From positions 1-42,448 of the forward strand of contig JBGANF010000062.1 of the NCBI GenBank assembly GCA_044222475.1: a stretch of 42,448 nt of DNA, in the 5' to 3' direction. The position numbers were made by a program, and so were the translations under genes. This document shows positions 1-8,124 of the stretch, piece after piece. The notes beneath the pieces were generated by a model. The model worked only from the letters and a program-made list of their open reading frames with translations. It had not been told where the DNA came from and ran no database searches. The stretch comes from Polyangiaceae bacterium. Its GTDB lineage: Bacteria; Myxococcota_A; Polyangia; Polyangiales; Polyangiaceae. Positions within the stretch are counted from its first letter, which is position 1. Every line of letters begins with the position of its first letter.

Positions 1-375
1 GGCAGCGAGGTGAAGTCGTTTCGCGCCGGCAAGGTCGACGTGAGCGACGCGTACGCCTCGGAAGAGAACGGCGAGGTCTTCCTCAAGCAGCTCTACGTCG
101 CCCCGTTCGAGGGCGCGAAGGCGTTTCCTCACGAGCCGCGGCGCAACCGGAAGCTCCTGCTGCACAAGCGCGAGATCGAGGCGATCAAGGTCGCGACGCA
201 GCGAGGGGGCTTCACCGTCGTCCCGACGAGGATCTACTTCAAGGACGGCAAGGCCAAGGTCGAGCTCGGCATCGGCAAGGGCAAGAAGCACCACGACAAG
301 CGCGCCGACATCGCGAAGAAGACCGCCGACCGCGAAGCGCGCGACGCGATCGGTCGCGGACGGAAGGGCGAATGA
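1..375 (+). CDS. smpB: SsrA-binding protein SmpB, 5'-truncated by the window edge
   Basis: GSEVKSFR, HEPRRNRKLLLHKREI, VPTRIYFKDGKAKVELG.GKGKKHHDKR are hallmark SmpB motifs; frame is open from position 1. Confidence 0.96.
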   Translation, partial: GSEVKSFRAGKVDVSDAYASEENGEVFLKQLYVAPFEGAKAFPHEPRRNRKLLLHKREIEAIKVATQRGGFTVVPTRIYFKDGKAKVELGIGKGKKHHDKRADIAKKTADREARDAIGRGRKGE

Positions 376-617
376 CGGCGAAGATCGTCTGGGCCAAAGG
401 CGGCGACGCGACGCTCGAGGCGCTGGTCGGCGAAGCGGCGACGATCCGCTCGTCGATCCCGTCGCCGCCCGGCTCGCGCCTCGAAGGCAAGCTCGACGAC
501 GGCACGACGATCCGGGTGAAGATCCACGGCTGCAAGAAGCAGGAAGACGGCGCGTTCGTGCTGACGGGGCGGATGATCGATCTGACGCGCCAACTTCGCG
601 AGCGACTCGGCGGGTAG
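372..617 (+). CDS. small hypothetical protein (81 aa), possibly PilZ-like beta-barrel
   Basis: ATGA overlap with the smpB stop; coding-like GC3 bias; fold guess is weak. Confidence 0.7.
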   Translation: MTAKIVWAKGGDATLEALVGEAATIRSSIPSPPGSRLEGKLDDGTTIRVKIHGCKKQEDGAFVLTGRMIDLTRQLRERLGG

Positions 618-619
618 CG

Positions 620-1561
620 TCAACCCGGGCCGAGGACCACCTTCAGCGCGCGGCGGTGGAACCAGCGCCCGACGCGCTCGCGGCTGTCGTCGCCCGCCAT
701 GCGGCGCAGGGCGTCGTGGTACGCGGGCACGTAGCGGAGGCGCGCCGGGAGAGCGCGGTAGCCCGCCTTCGCGATCACGGTGGTGCCGCGGAGGAACGCC
801 GCGTCGACGGGCGTGGCGCCGCCGTACTCGTCGCGGATGCGCGGCGGCAAGAGCGCGCGCGTGACCGGGCGGTACGAGAGGGCGATCGCGCGCGGGATGA
901 ACCTCGGCGGATGCAGCAGAAAGTGTCCGACGTCCTTCGCGATGGTGCCGACGGCGATCCGATCCGATGCGATCCACTCGTCCCACGACGACATGAACGC
1001 GGCGTAGCTCGTCGGCACCAAGGAGCGCGGCACGCCGAAGAGCAGCGCGAAGTGCCGCGACTCGTGGACGTAGCGCTCGCGCTCGTCGGGTGTGAGCGGA
1101 CGCACGAGCATCTGGAAGCACGTGAGCGCGCCGTGGAGCAGCGTGGCGTACACCCAGTAGAGCGCGTCGGCATCGAGCGCCTCGTAGCGGTCGCCTTTGC
1201 GGTAGCGCCCGAGGTCTTCGTCGATGGTGCCCTGGATGCGCTCGTGCACCTGGAAGATCTGCCGCGCCGACTGCACCGCGCGCCCGAGATCGCCGAACCC
1301 GACGCGGTAGACGTGGAAGAACGTGCGCTGGAAGCGCTTCATCGGATCGGACTGGGTCTTCGAGTGCTGGGCGATCGCGTGGGCGACGTATGGGTGCGCG
1401 AGCTGGAGGAGCGACGCGGCGCCGGCGGACACGAAGAGCGCCGACTCGCGGCCGACCTGCCAGCTGATCGAATCGGCGCCGTAGATGCCGCCGCGCGGAT
1501 CGCGCACGTCGCGCTCGACCTCGGCGATCCCGGCTTCGAAGTCGGCTCGGGTGATCCGCAT
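620..1561 (-). CDS. MpaB/DUF2236 family oxygenase-like protein
   Basis: G.YG.DSISWQV..E, LLQLAHP.VA, RFQRT, Y.ALD.DALYWVYATL pattern typical of DUF2236. Confidence 0.85.
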   Translation of the reverse strand: MRITRADFEAGIAEVERDVRDPRGGIYGADSISWQVGRESALFVSAGAASLLQLAHPYVAHAIAQHSKTQSDPMKRFQRTFFHVYRVGFGDLGRAVQSARQIFQVHERIQGTIDEDLGRYRKGDRYEALDADALYWVYATLLHGALTCFQMLVRPLTPDERERYVHESRHFALLFGVPRSLVPTSYAAFMSSWDEWIASDRIAVGTIAKDVGHFLLHPPRFIPRAIALSYRPVTRALLPPRIRDEYGGATPVDAAFLRGTTVIAKAGYRALPARLRYVPAYHDALRRMAGDDSRERVGRWFHRRALKVVLGPG

Positions 1562-1567
1562 GAAGAA

Positions 1568-1573
1568 ATTGTA
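1568..1573 (-). promoter_or_regulatory. putative -10 box TACAAT, 6 nt upstream of ATG 1561 (leaderless)
   Basis: reverse strand reads TACAAT-ttcttc-ATG; no Shine-Dalgarno. Confidence 0.65.
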
Positions 1574-1583
1574 GCGCGCGAAG

Positions 1584-4085
1584 CTACTCGCTCACCAGCA
1601 CCGCGTAGTCGATCGGGCCCTGCGCGGGGATCGTCACCGTCTCGCCGCCGGTGGAGGCGCGGGAGTAGAGGCGCATGGGGGTCGGTCGCATCGTGTCGTC
1701 GCGCCACGTGCCGCGGAGACCGAGGTCGGTGAACCCGGGGAGATCGACCTTCGCGCCGTCGGTCGCGGCGACGAGGATCGCCACGCTGGCAGCGTTCGCG
1801 CGTACGGTGAACGCGAGGCTGGTGGAGAAGGAGGGCTTGCTCGTTCGTCGAGTGGCGATCGGGCGGGCGGTCGCGAGCTCGGGGGGGACGGTCACCCACG
1901 AGTTGTCGGCGGTGCCGTCGAGATCGGTGAAGACGGGGAAGCCCGGCGAGATCGTTCCATCGAAGAAGACGGCGCGGTTCGCCGGGTTCGTCGAGGTGAC
2001 GCTCGAGACGATCGGGGCGCCGGCGATCGGGGGAAGGCCGCCCGTCCCGTCGAAGACGATCGTCGCCGTGTCGTCGTGGCCGGCGTCGTCGGTGACGCGG
2101 ACGTGGTTCTGGCCCTGGTGCAGGAGCGCGGGCCAGGTGAAGACGTTGTCGACGAAGCGGCCCTTCGTGTGCTCGAAGGCTCCGTTGTCGCGGGTCCCCT
2201 GATCGACGCCGTCGATGAAGAGGCGCAGTCGCTTCACGTTCGCGTAGGCCTTGATGCCGTTGTCCGGGCGGTTGCGGCGCACGAAGTACGCCTTGCTCGC
2301 GAGGTGGACGAGCGGCTCTTCGGGTCGGAGGAACGACCGAAAGAGGAAGTACGAGTCCTTCTTTCGTCGGCCGTCGAACGAGACGATGCCGCTGTCGTTG
2401 ATGCCCTTGGGGCGGCCGTCGAGGACGAAGTCCCGGTAGACCCACCACGTGAACATCGAGACGTCGCTCGCGTGCGAGCGAAACGCGACGTGCATGCGGC
2501 TCTCGGCGAGGCGCTGCAGATACTCCTCGGGCTCGAACGTGCCGAGGTCGAGCCGCGCGTCGGCGTAGTCGATGTGTTGCGTGACGACGGACCGGCCTCC
2601 GGTCTCGGAGAAGTCGCGCGTGGCCGGAAGGTACTTCTCGAAGTCCCAGACGTCGCCGCCGTACCAGCCGGGGTAGACGTTGACCGGGATCACGTCGAGC
2701 GACGCGTCGAAGAAGCCCGAGTTGCTCGCGTACACCGCGAGGCGCGCGGGGTCTTCGGTCTTCGCGACCTTCGCATAGCGCACGATCGCGTCGTGGGCGG
2801 CCGCGTCGCCGTCGGCCTCGTTCCCCGCGCTCCACATGACGACGCTGGGATGGTTCCGGTTCTGCCGCACCATCTCGCGCGTGATGCGGTCGCCGGTGTC
2901 CGTTCCGGGCCACGGCGCCGAGTTGCCGTTCTCGGCCCACACGAGGAGGCCCTTCTCGTCGGCGAGGTCGTACTCGATCTTCGCGTGGGGGTAGTGCACG
3001 AGGCGGACGAAGTTCACGCCGAGATCGACGAGGTCGCTCCACTCGGCGCGGAACTCGTCGTCGGTCATGGCGGCGAAGCTCTGCTCGGACTCGTGGTGCT
3101 TGCTGATCCCGCGCAGCGCGATCGGCCGGCCGTTCAAGAGGTAGGTCCCGGCGGCGTGCTCGAAGCGGCGGAAGCCGAAGCGCTCGCGGACGCGATCCCG
3201 GACGCCGAACGAGTCGACGAGCTCGACGGTGGCGTCGTAGAGCTCGGGCTTGCGAAGGTCCCAGAGCGCGGGGCGAACGACGGTGGCAGGGATGGTGATC
3301 TCGGTGGTTGCCGCTCCGGCGACGTCGAACGGGGCGTCGAGCTCGGTGACCGATGTACCATTGTGGGACAACGTGATCCGGATCTGGCCGTGCTCGGCGA
3401 AGGCACCGTCGTTGACGATCCGTACGCGAGCGTCGACGTGGGCGGACGCCTCGCCCACGTCGCTCGTCTCGAAGACGACGCCGGACGCGGCGTAGGCCTC
3501 GTCGCCGATGCGGAGGGCGCGCGCGCCGACGAGCTCGGCCTTGCGGTAGATGCCTCCCCACGGACGGAAGTAACCGCGGGCGAGGCAGCGCGACGGAAGG
3601 CAGTCCTCGGTGTCGTCGTCGGTGTTGTCGACGCGAACGGCGATGACGTGGTCGGCGCCGGGTGCCAGCGCGCTCGTGACGTCGAAGAGGAAGCCGGTGT
3701 ACGCGCCGCGGTGGGTGCCCACGTCGCGTCCGTCGACGTAGACGCGCGCGATGGTGCCGACGCCCTCGAAGTGGAGGAGCCAGTGCCGATCCGGTGCGTC
3801 GTCGGGGAGGCGCACGTGCGCGCGGTACCAAGCGTTCTTCGTCGTGAAGAACGGGCTCGCGCTGTCGTCGAAGGTATGGGGCAGCTTCACGCGCTGAAAC
3901 CCGGTCTCGTCCGCGCCGATCGTCTGGCCTGCGAACGCGTCGTCGGTGACGCGGAACGAGAACGCGTCGGCGAGCGACACGGTCACACGAGGTGCGATCG
4001 GCGACGGAGCCGTCGGCGTCGTCGTCACCGAGGAGCACGCGGTCGCGAGCGCGAGCAAGAAGAGAGCGGTGCGGGGAAGAATCAC
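1584..4085 (-). CDS. glycoside hydrolase family 2 (beta-galactosidase/glucuronidase-like), probable lipoprotein
   Basis: LHFEGV, HRGAYT.F, GGIYR, ERFGFR, LLNGRP..LRG...H, HYPH, RNHPSVVMWS.GNE (acid/base), SETG (nucleophile); lipobox LATAC. Confidence 0.92.
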   Translation of the reverse strand: MILPRTALFLLALATACSSVTTTPTAPSPIAPRVTVSLADAFSFRVTDDAFAGQTIGADETGFQRVKLPHTFDDSASPFFTTKNAWYRAHVRLPDDAPDRHWLLHFEGVGTIARVYVDGRDVGTHRGAYTGFLFDVTSALAPGADHVIAVRVDNTDDDTEDCLPSRCLARGYFRPWGGIYRKAELVGARALRIGDEAYAASGVVFETSDVGEASAHVDARVRIVNDGAFAEHGQIRITLSHNGTSVTELDAPFDVAGAATTEITIPATVVRPALWDLRKPELYDATVELVDSFGVRDRVRERFGFRRFEHAAGTYLLNGRPIALRGISKHHESEQSFAAMTDDEFRAEWSDLVDLGVNFVRLVHYPHAKIEYDLADEKGLLVWAENGNSAPWPGTDTGDRITREMVRQNRNHPSVVMWSAGNEADGDAAAHDAIVRYAKVAKTEDPARLAVYASNSGFFDASLDVIPVNVYPGWYGGDVWDFEKYLPATRDFSETGGRSVVTQHIDYADARLDLGTFEPEEYLQRLAESRMHVAFRSHASDVSMFTWWVYRDFVLDGRPKGINDSGIVSFDGRRKKDSYFLFRSFLRPEEPLVHLASKAYFVRRNRPDNGIKAYANVKRLRLFIDGVDQGTRDNGAFEHTKGRFVDNVFTWPALLHQGQNHVRVTDDAGHDDTATIVFDGTGGLPPIAGAPIVSSVTSTNPANRAVFFDGTISPGFPVFTDLDGTADNSWVTVPPELATARPIATRRTSKPSFSTSLAFTVRANAASVAILVAATDGAKVDLPGFTDLGLRGTWRDDTMRPTPMRLYSRASTGGETVTIPAQGPIDYAVLVSE

Positions 4086-4109
4086 GGGTCGAGTTCAAGC
4101 ATGCCACGG

Positions 4110-4115
4110 TAGACT
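4110..4115 (+). promoter_or_regulatory. putative -10 box TAGACT, 6 nt upstream of GTG 4122 (leaderless)
   Basis: TAGACT-cgtcgc-GTG. Confidence 0.6.
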
Positions 4116-4121
4116 CGTCGC

Positions 4122-4532
4122 GTGGTGGCCACGGACTTCAGCGCGCAACACACCGTCACCATCCCCGTCGCGTGGGGCGACATGGACGCTCTCGGCCACG
4201 TGAACAACACCGTGTACAGCCGGTGGTTCGAGACCGCGCGCATCGAGTGGTTCGCGCGCGTCGACATCGCGACGACCGGCGGATCGATCGGTCCGATCCT
4301 CGCGCGCACCGAGCTCGACTTCCGCTCCCCCGTGACGTGGCCCGACACGGTGGAGGTCGCGATCGGCGTCCTCTCCGTCGGTCGCACGTCGATCAAGCTC
4401 GGATACCGGGTCACGAGCCAGAAGCAGAGCCGCGTCGTCGCCGAAGGCGTCACCGTCGTCGTGCTGTACGACTACTCCACCAAGCAGTCGGTGCCGCTCG
4501 ACGACGCGCTGCGCGCGAGAATCGCGCCATGA
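4122..4532 (+). CDS. acyl-CoA thioesterase (4HBT/YbgC hotdog family)
   Basis: WGDMDALGHVNN.VY..WFE.AR motif. Confidence 0.93.
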   Translation: MVATDFSAQHTVTIPVAWGDMDALGHVNNTVYSRWFETARIEWFARVDIATTGGSIGPILARTELDFRSPVTWPDTVEVAIGVLSVGRTSIKLGYRVTSQKQSRVVAEGVTVVVLYDYSTKQSVPLDDALRARIAP

Positions 4533-5254
4533 GCGACGTGGAGCTTCTGCCGGTCGTTCGCTTGGTGATCGGGGCTGGTCTGCCGCTCGCGCTCGGGATC
4601 TCGATGTTCTTCACCGACCGCGCGGAGAAGGCGCGGGTCGAGAAAGAGAACGCCAAGCGACGAGAGACCGGCGGCGTCACCCCGCCGGAGGAACGGCGCG
4701 CGGGTACGGTGCGCATTCGAGTCCACGTCGTGGGGGAGGGGAGCGTGAACCTCGGATCGTCGACCGAGTCGGCGGACTCCGTGAGCGGCGCGCCGACGCT
4801 CGAGAGCACCGCGTTCGTCGTCGAGGACGACCAGGGGCAGAGGTTTTCGATCGCCGAGAAGACCGAGCTCCGCGTGCGGACGCTCGCGGGTGCGCGGAGG
4901 AATCTCCTCGAGTCGGTCACCAAGGAAGGAGGCGGCATTTCGCAGCGCTTCTCGTTCGAGGTCGACCCGAGCGCGACGTTCGTGCTGGAAGCGAAGTTCC
5001 CGGAGACGAAGGACTCGCCCGGCGCATTTCGCGAAGGCCCGATGCCGATCGAAGGGCCGCTGGTGATCAATCCGAACACCGACGTCGACACCACCGGGTT
5101 CGGTTGCATCGTGTATCCCGCGCTCGCCATCGGAGCGGCGTGCGCCATCTACCCGACGGAGCTGGTGTGGGAGGTGCTCGGTTGGATCGTGTGGGGGCTC
5201 GCGATGATCGTCGGAGCGGGAGGTCGCGCGATGACGAACGACAACGCGCGGTGA
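4529..5254 (+). CDS. hypothetical membrane protein
   Basis: ATG at 4529 overlaps the thioesterase stop (ATGA); MSDVELLPVV...; one N-terminal and two C-terminal hydrophobic segments. Confidence 0.7.
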   Translation: MSDVELLPVVRLVIGAGLPLALGISMFFTDRAEKARVEKENAKRRETGGVTPPEERRAGTVRIRVHVVGEGSVNLGSSTESADSVSGAPTLESTAFVVEDDQGQRFSIAEKTELRVRTLAGARRNLLESVTKEGGGISQRFSFEVDPSATFVLEAKFPETKDSPGAFREGPMPIEGPLVINPNTDVDTTGFGCIVYPALAIGAACAIYPTELVWEVLGWIVWGLAMIVGAGGRAMTNDNAR

Positions 5255-5273
5255 CGAAAGCCTCGCACGAGTT

Positions 5274-5513
5274 GGGCGCCCCGGACTGAAGTCCGGGGCA
5301 GCAACGGAACCGATGCAGAACCCGACCAAAGCCCGCCCAGGAGGGCGGGCTCCCCATGCGCCGGGCATCATTGGTACCAAGATGGGATGCACCATCGAGA
5401 GTCCGCCCTCCTGGGCGGACTTTGAGTGAGTAAGCGATGGGCCCGTTGCTGCCCCGGACTTCAGTCCGGGGCGCCCGGCTCCGTTGCTGGCCCGGACTTT
5501 GGTCCGGGGTGCC
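5274..5513. repeat. nested inverted-repeat REP/REPIN (BIME)-like element
   Basis: perfect 34-bp IR 5274-5307/5443-5476, each arm with the hairpin GCCCCGGAC-N4-GTCCGGGGC; 26-bp IR 5327-5352/5399-5424; central palindrome TTGGTACCAA 5371-5380; degenerate extra arm 5481-5513; lies between convergent genes. Confidence 0.85.
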
Positions 5514-6188
5514 TCACTTCTTCCCGCGCCAGGCCACGACGATCAGCGCGAACACCATGATGACGACGAGCGCGATCGAGCTGCCGCGCTGGCTCATCGT
5601 GAGCACGGGATCTCCGCCGAGCAGGCTCCTCACGTGGCCGTACGGGAGGAGCAGCGCACCCGACCCGCGTCCCGATCCGAGGAGCCAGTTGGCGATCAGG
5701 ACCGCGCTGCGACCCGACCCTCGCTTGCCGAAGCACGCGCCGGCGGCGAACACGGTCGCGTAGGACGCGCCACCGAGCGCGCCGATCCACGCGCTCGTCG
5801 CTGCGTCGTGACCGAACGGCGCGTCGAGCGGACCATGACCGATCGCGACGAGGACGACCGCGAGCAGCGCCCCGGCGATCGCGCTCGCGAGCACCGCCAC
5901 TCCGGTACCGGCGAGCGCGGTCTGCGTGCCCGACGCGCCGAACCCGCGCAGCGAAGCGCCCGCGTCGCCGACGCGCTCCCCACCGAACGACGCGGCGACC
6001 AGCCCGTACGCGACGAGCGGGAGCACGAACGGCGCGAACACCCCGAGCAGCGCACGATCGGCGCCGCCGTGGCGGCCCACGACGAACGCGCTCACGAGCG
6101 CGAGCGCGCTCCAGCCGAGGATCGGCAGCCAACCGCGCGGCGAGCGCACGAGGCGCGCGAACGGGACGCGGGCGAGGGCGAGGATCAT
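5514..6188 (-). CDS. multi-pass membrane protein, ABC-2-type permease-like
   Basis: ATG 6188 (MILALARVPF...) overlaps the upstream stop; about 6 hydrophobic segments; last gene of a 3-gene coupled unit. Confidence 0.7.
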   Translation of the reverse strand: MILALARVPFARLVRSPRGWLPILGWSALALVSAFVVGRHGGADRALLGVFAPFVLPLVAYGLVAASFGGERVGDAGASLRGFGASGTQTALAGTGVAVLASAIAGALLAVVLVAIGHGPLDAPFGHDAATSAWIGALGGASYATVFAAGACFGKRGSGRSAVLIANWLLGSGRGSGALLLPYGHVRSLLGGDPVLTMSQRGSSIALVVIMVFALIVVAWRGKK

Positions 6189-7216
6189 CCGTCGCCTCCG
6201 AGTCGCGGGGTCGGCGTCGGGAGGTTCTGCGCCACCGCTTGGACGACCGGCGGCGGACCGGCGGCCGGGGGACCCGGCGGAGGCGCGGCGCTCTTCGCAT
6301 GCGCGACCGCCGCCTGATAGACGCCGGCGTATTGCCCGGCGATGGATGCGCGGAGCTCGTCGAGCGGCGGCACGTCGCGCGCGAGGAGACGAACGTCGAC
6401 TCCGCTCGCGACGATGGCGCGCCCGATCGCGCGGGCGATCTCGGCGGCGTCCGACCCCTCGATGACGACGGAGTCGCCGTCGATCGCCATCCGGCCGAGG
6501 CTCGACTCCACGGCGGCGCTGGCGAGCCACTTCCGGGCGTCGTCGACGAGGAGCCGATAGCGCACGACCCCGCCGTGAACTCGCTTCTCCGCCTCTTCGA
6601 ACGTGGCGACGTGAACCGGCCGCCCGCGCTCGAGCACGAGGTAGTCCTTCGCGATCAAGCTCGCGTCGCGGGTCGACGCGGTCGCGACGACGATGCAGCC
6701 CTTCTTCTGCTTGAGCGCCTCGAGGACGCGCGCCGCGGCCGGCGCTTCGAGCTCGGCGAACGGCTCTTCGACGAGCAGCACGTCGACGACCGACGACGCG
6801 ATCGCTTCGGCGAGCGCGACCGCTCGGCGCTCGGCCGAGCGCAGGGTCGAGATCCGCCGCGTCGCGAGCGCTTCGATGCCGAGCGGCGCGAGGATCTCGC
6901 TCGGCTTCTTCGCGGTGTCTCCGCGGATGGTGGCGGCGACCGAGAGCATCTCTTCGACGCGGAGTGCGTCGGGCAAGTGAGCGTCGCGGGCAACCAGCGC
7001 GATGCGGCGTCGCACGTCGGCCGGCGGCTGTCCGTGGACGAGCACCGAGCCTCGGCCCACGAGATCCCCGGCGAGTGCGCGGAGGATCGCCGGAGGCCCG
7101 TCCTCGGTGCGACCGAGGAGCGCGTGGCCGCCCTCTTCCATCTCGAACGTGATGGGCTTCGTCTCGACCGTGCCCTCGCGGACGACGAGCCCGGCCACCT
7201 TGATGAAGGTGGTCAC
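6185..7216 (-). CDS. ABC-transporter ATP-binding-like protein with degenerate motifs
   Basis: GTG 7216; ABC order retained: LLGRTEDGPP (Walker A position), G.VLVHG, RRRIALV, LRSAERR (signature position), VLLVEEPFAELE (Walker B/D-loop). Confidence 0.75.
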   Translation of the reverse strand: MTTFIKVAGLVVREGTVETKPITFEMEEGGHALLGRTEDGPPAILRALAGDLVGRGSVLVHGQPPADVRRRIALVARDAHLPDALRVEEMLSVAATIRGDTAKKPSEILAPLGIEALATRRISTLRSAERRAVALAEAIASSVVDVLLVEEPFAELEAPAAARVLEALKQKKGCIVVATASTRDASLIAKDYLVLERGRPVHVATFEEAEKRVHGGVVRYRLLVDDARKWLASAAVESSLGRMAIDGDSVVIEGSDAAEIARAIGRAIVASGVDVRLLARDVPPLDELRASIAGQYAGVYQAAVAHAKSAAPPPGPPAAGPPPVVQAVAQNLPTPTPRLGGDG

Positions 7217-8067
7217 GGATCCCTCCGCTCGTGCGTCGCGCTCGCGTCGCGCGCGAGCTGGCCGCGGATGACCGCCACCGCGATGCCGCCGAGGATGAGA
7301 AGCACGAGGAGCGCGCGCAGCGTCTGCAGCGGATCGATCGGAGGCATGAGGCCATCGCGCACGCCGTCGACGACGCCGGGGATCGACACGAGCCCGCCCC
7401 ACGGCTCGGGCACGAGCTTCGCGGTCACGCCGGAGAGCGCGGCTGGGAACACGAGGACGAGGAAGAGCAGACCGTATCCGCCCGCGCGCGATCGCGCACC
7501 GAGCGCGGCGATGGCGACCGGCGCGAGGATCGCCGCGAACGCGACCGAGTACGCCAGCGCGGCGATCGTACCTTGCAGGGCTTCGACCGTTCGGCTCCAC
7601 TCGGTGGCGGCGGCGGCGGCGGCGAGCCCGGTGAGCGTGGATCCGAGAGCGACCGGCACGAAGAGGAGGAGCGCGAGGCCACCGGCGCGCGCGACGACGT
7701 ACGACATGACGCCGCGACCGCGGGCGTCGAGGAGGACGCGGATGCCGTCGGTGCGATCGCGCTCGAACATGCGCACCGCGCCGGCGAACGCGATGAGCAC
7801 GCCGGCGCCCCACGCGAGGATCGACGCGGTGGCGGGCGCGACGTGCGAGAGGTCGACCGGCCGGCGCGCGGACGTGAGCGCGATGCCGAGCATGAAGAGC
7901 GTGATGATCAGCGCGAGGACGACCGAGATCTTCGGCAGCACGCCTTCCCACGCGCGGGTGAGGCCGAGGGCGAACAGCGCACGCGCGCGTCCTCGCCGAG
8001 CTTCCTCGGGAGGAGGGGGCTCCACCCGAGGAGGTGGGCGCCGCGAGAGCGTGGCTGCGCTTTCCAT
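7213..8067 (-). CDS. multi-pass membrane protein, ABC-2-type permease-like
   Basis: ATG 8067 (MESAATLSRR...); about 6 TM segments; FERDRTDGIRVLL..RG resembles the E...GT...LL..P loop of ABC-2 permeases; GTGA overlap with the next gene. Confidence 0.72.
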   Translation of the reverse strand: MESAATLSRRPPPRVEPPPPEEARRGRARALFALGLTRAWEGVLPKISVVLALIITLFMLGIALTSARRPVDLSHVAPATASILAWGAGVLIAFAGAVRMFERDRTDGIRVLLDARGRGVMSYVVARAGGLALLLFVPVALGSTLTGLAAAAAATEWSRTVEALQGTIAALAYSVAFAAILAPVAIAALGARSRAGGYGLLFLVLVFPAALSGVTAKLVPEPWGGLVSIPGVVDGVRDGLMPPIDPLQTLRALLVLLILGGIAVAVIRGQLARDASATHERRDP

Positions 8068-8109
8068 GCCGGGGCGAACGAGACCACGAAAACCGCGGAT
8101 TTTCCAGCA

Positions 8110-8118
8110 TGCTACTCT
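8110..8118 (+). promoter_or_regulatory. putative extended -10 (TGcTACTCT), 6 nt upstream of GTG 8125
   Basis: TG-n-TACTCT-gcggcc-GTG; near-palindrome GAAAACCGCGGATTTTC at 8088-8104 in the divergent gap. Confidence 0.6.
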
Positions 8119-8124
8119 GCGGCC

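Noticed and set aside
1..620. tmRNA (ssrA) next to smpB
   Set aside because: No intergenic space or tRNA-like ends downstream of smpB in this window
5274..5513. Possible CRISPR array or structured RNA gene
   Set aside because: Repeats are inverted rather than direct with regular spacers; no cas genes; no tRNA cloverleaf or other known RNA motif seen
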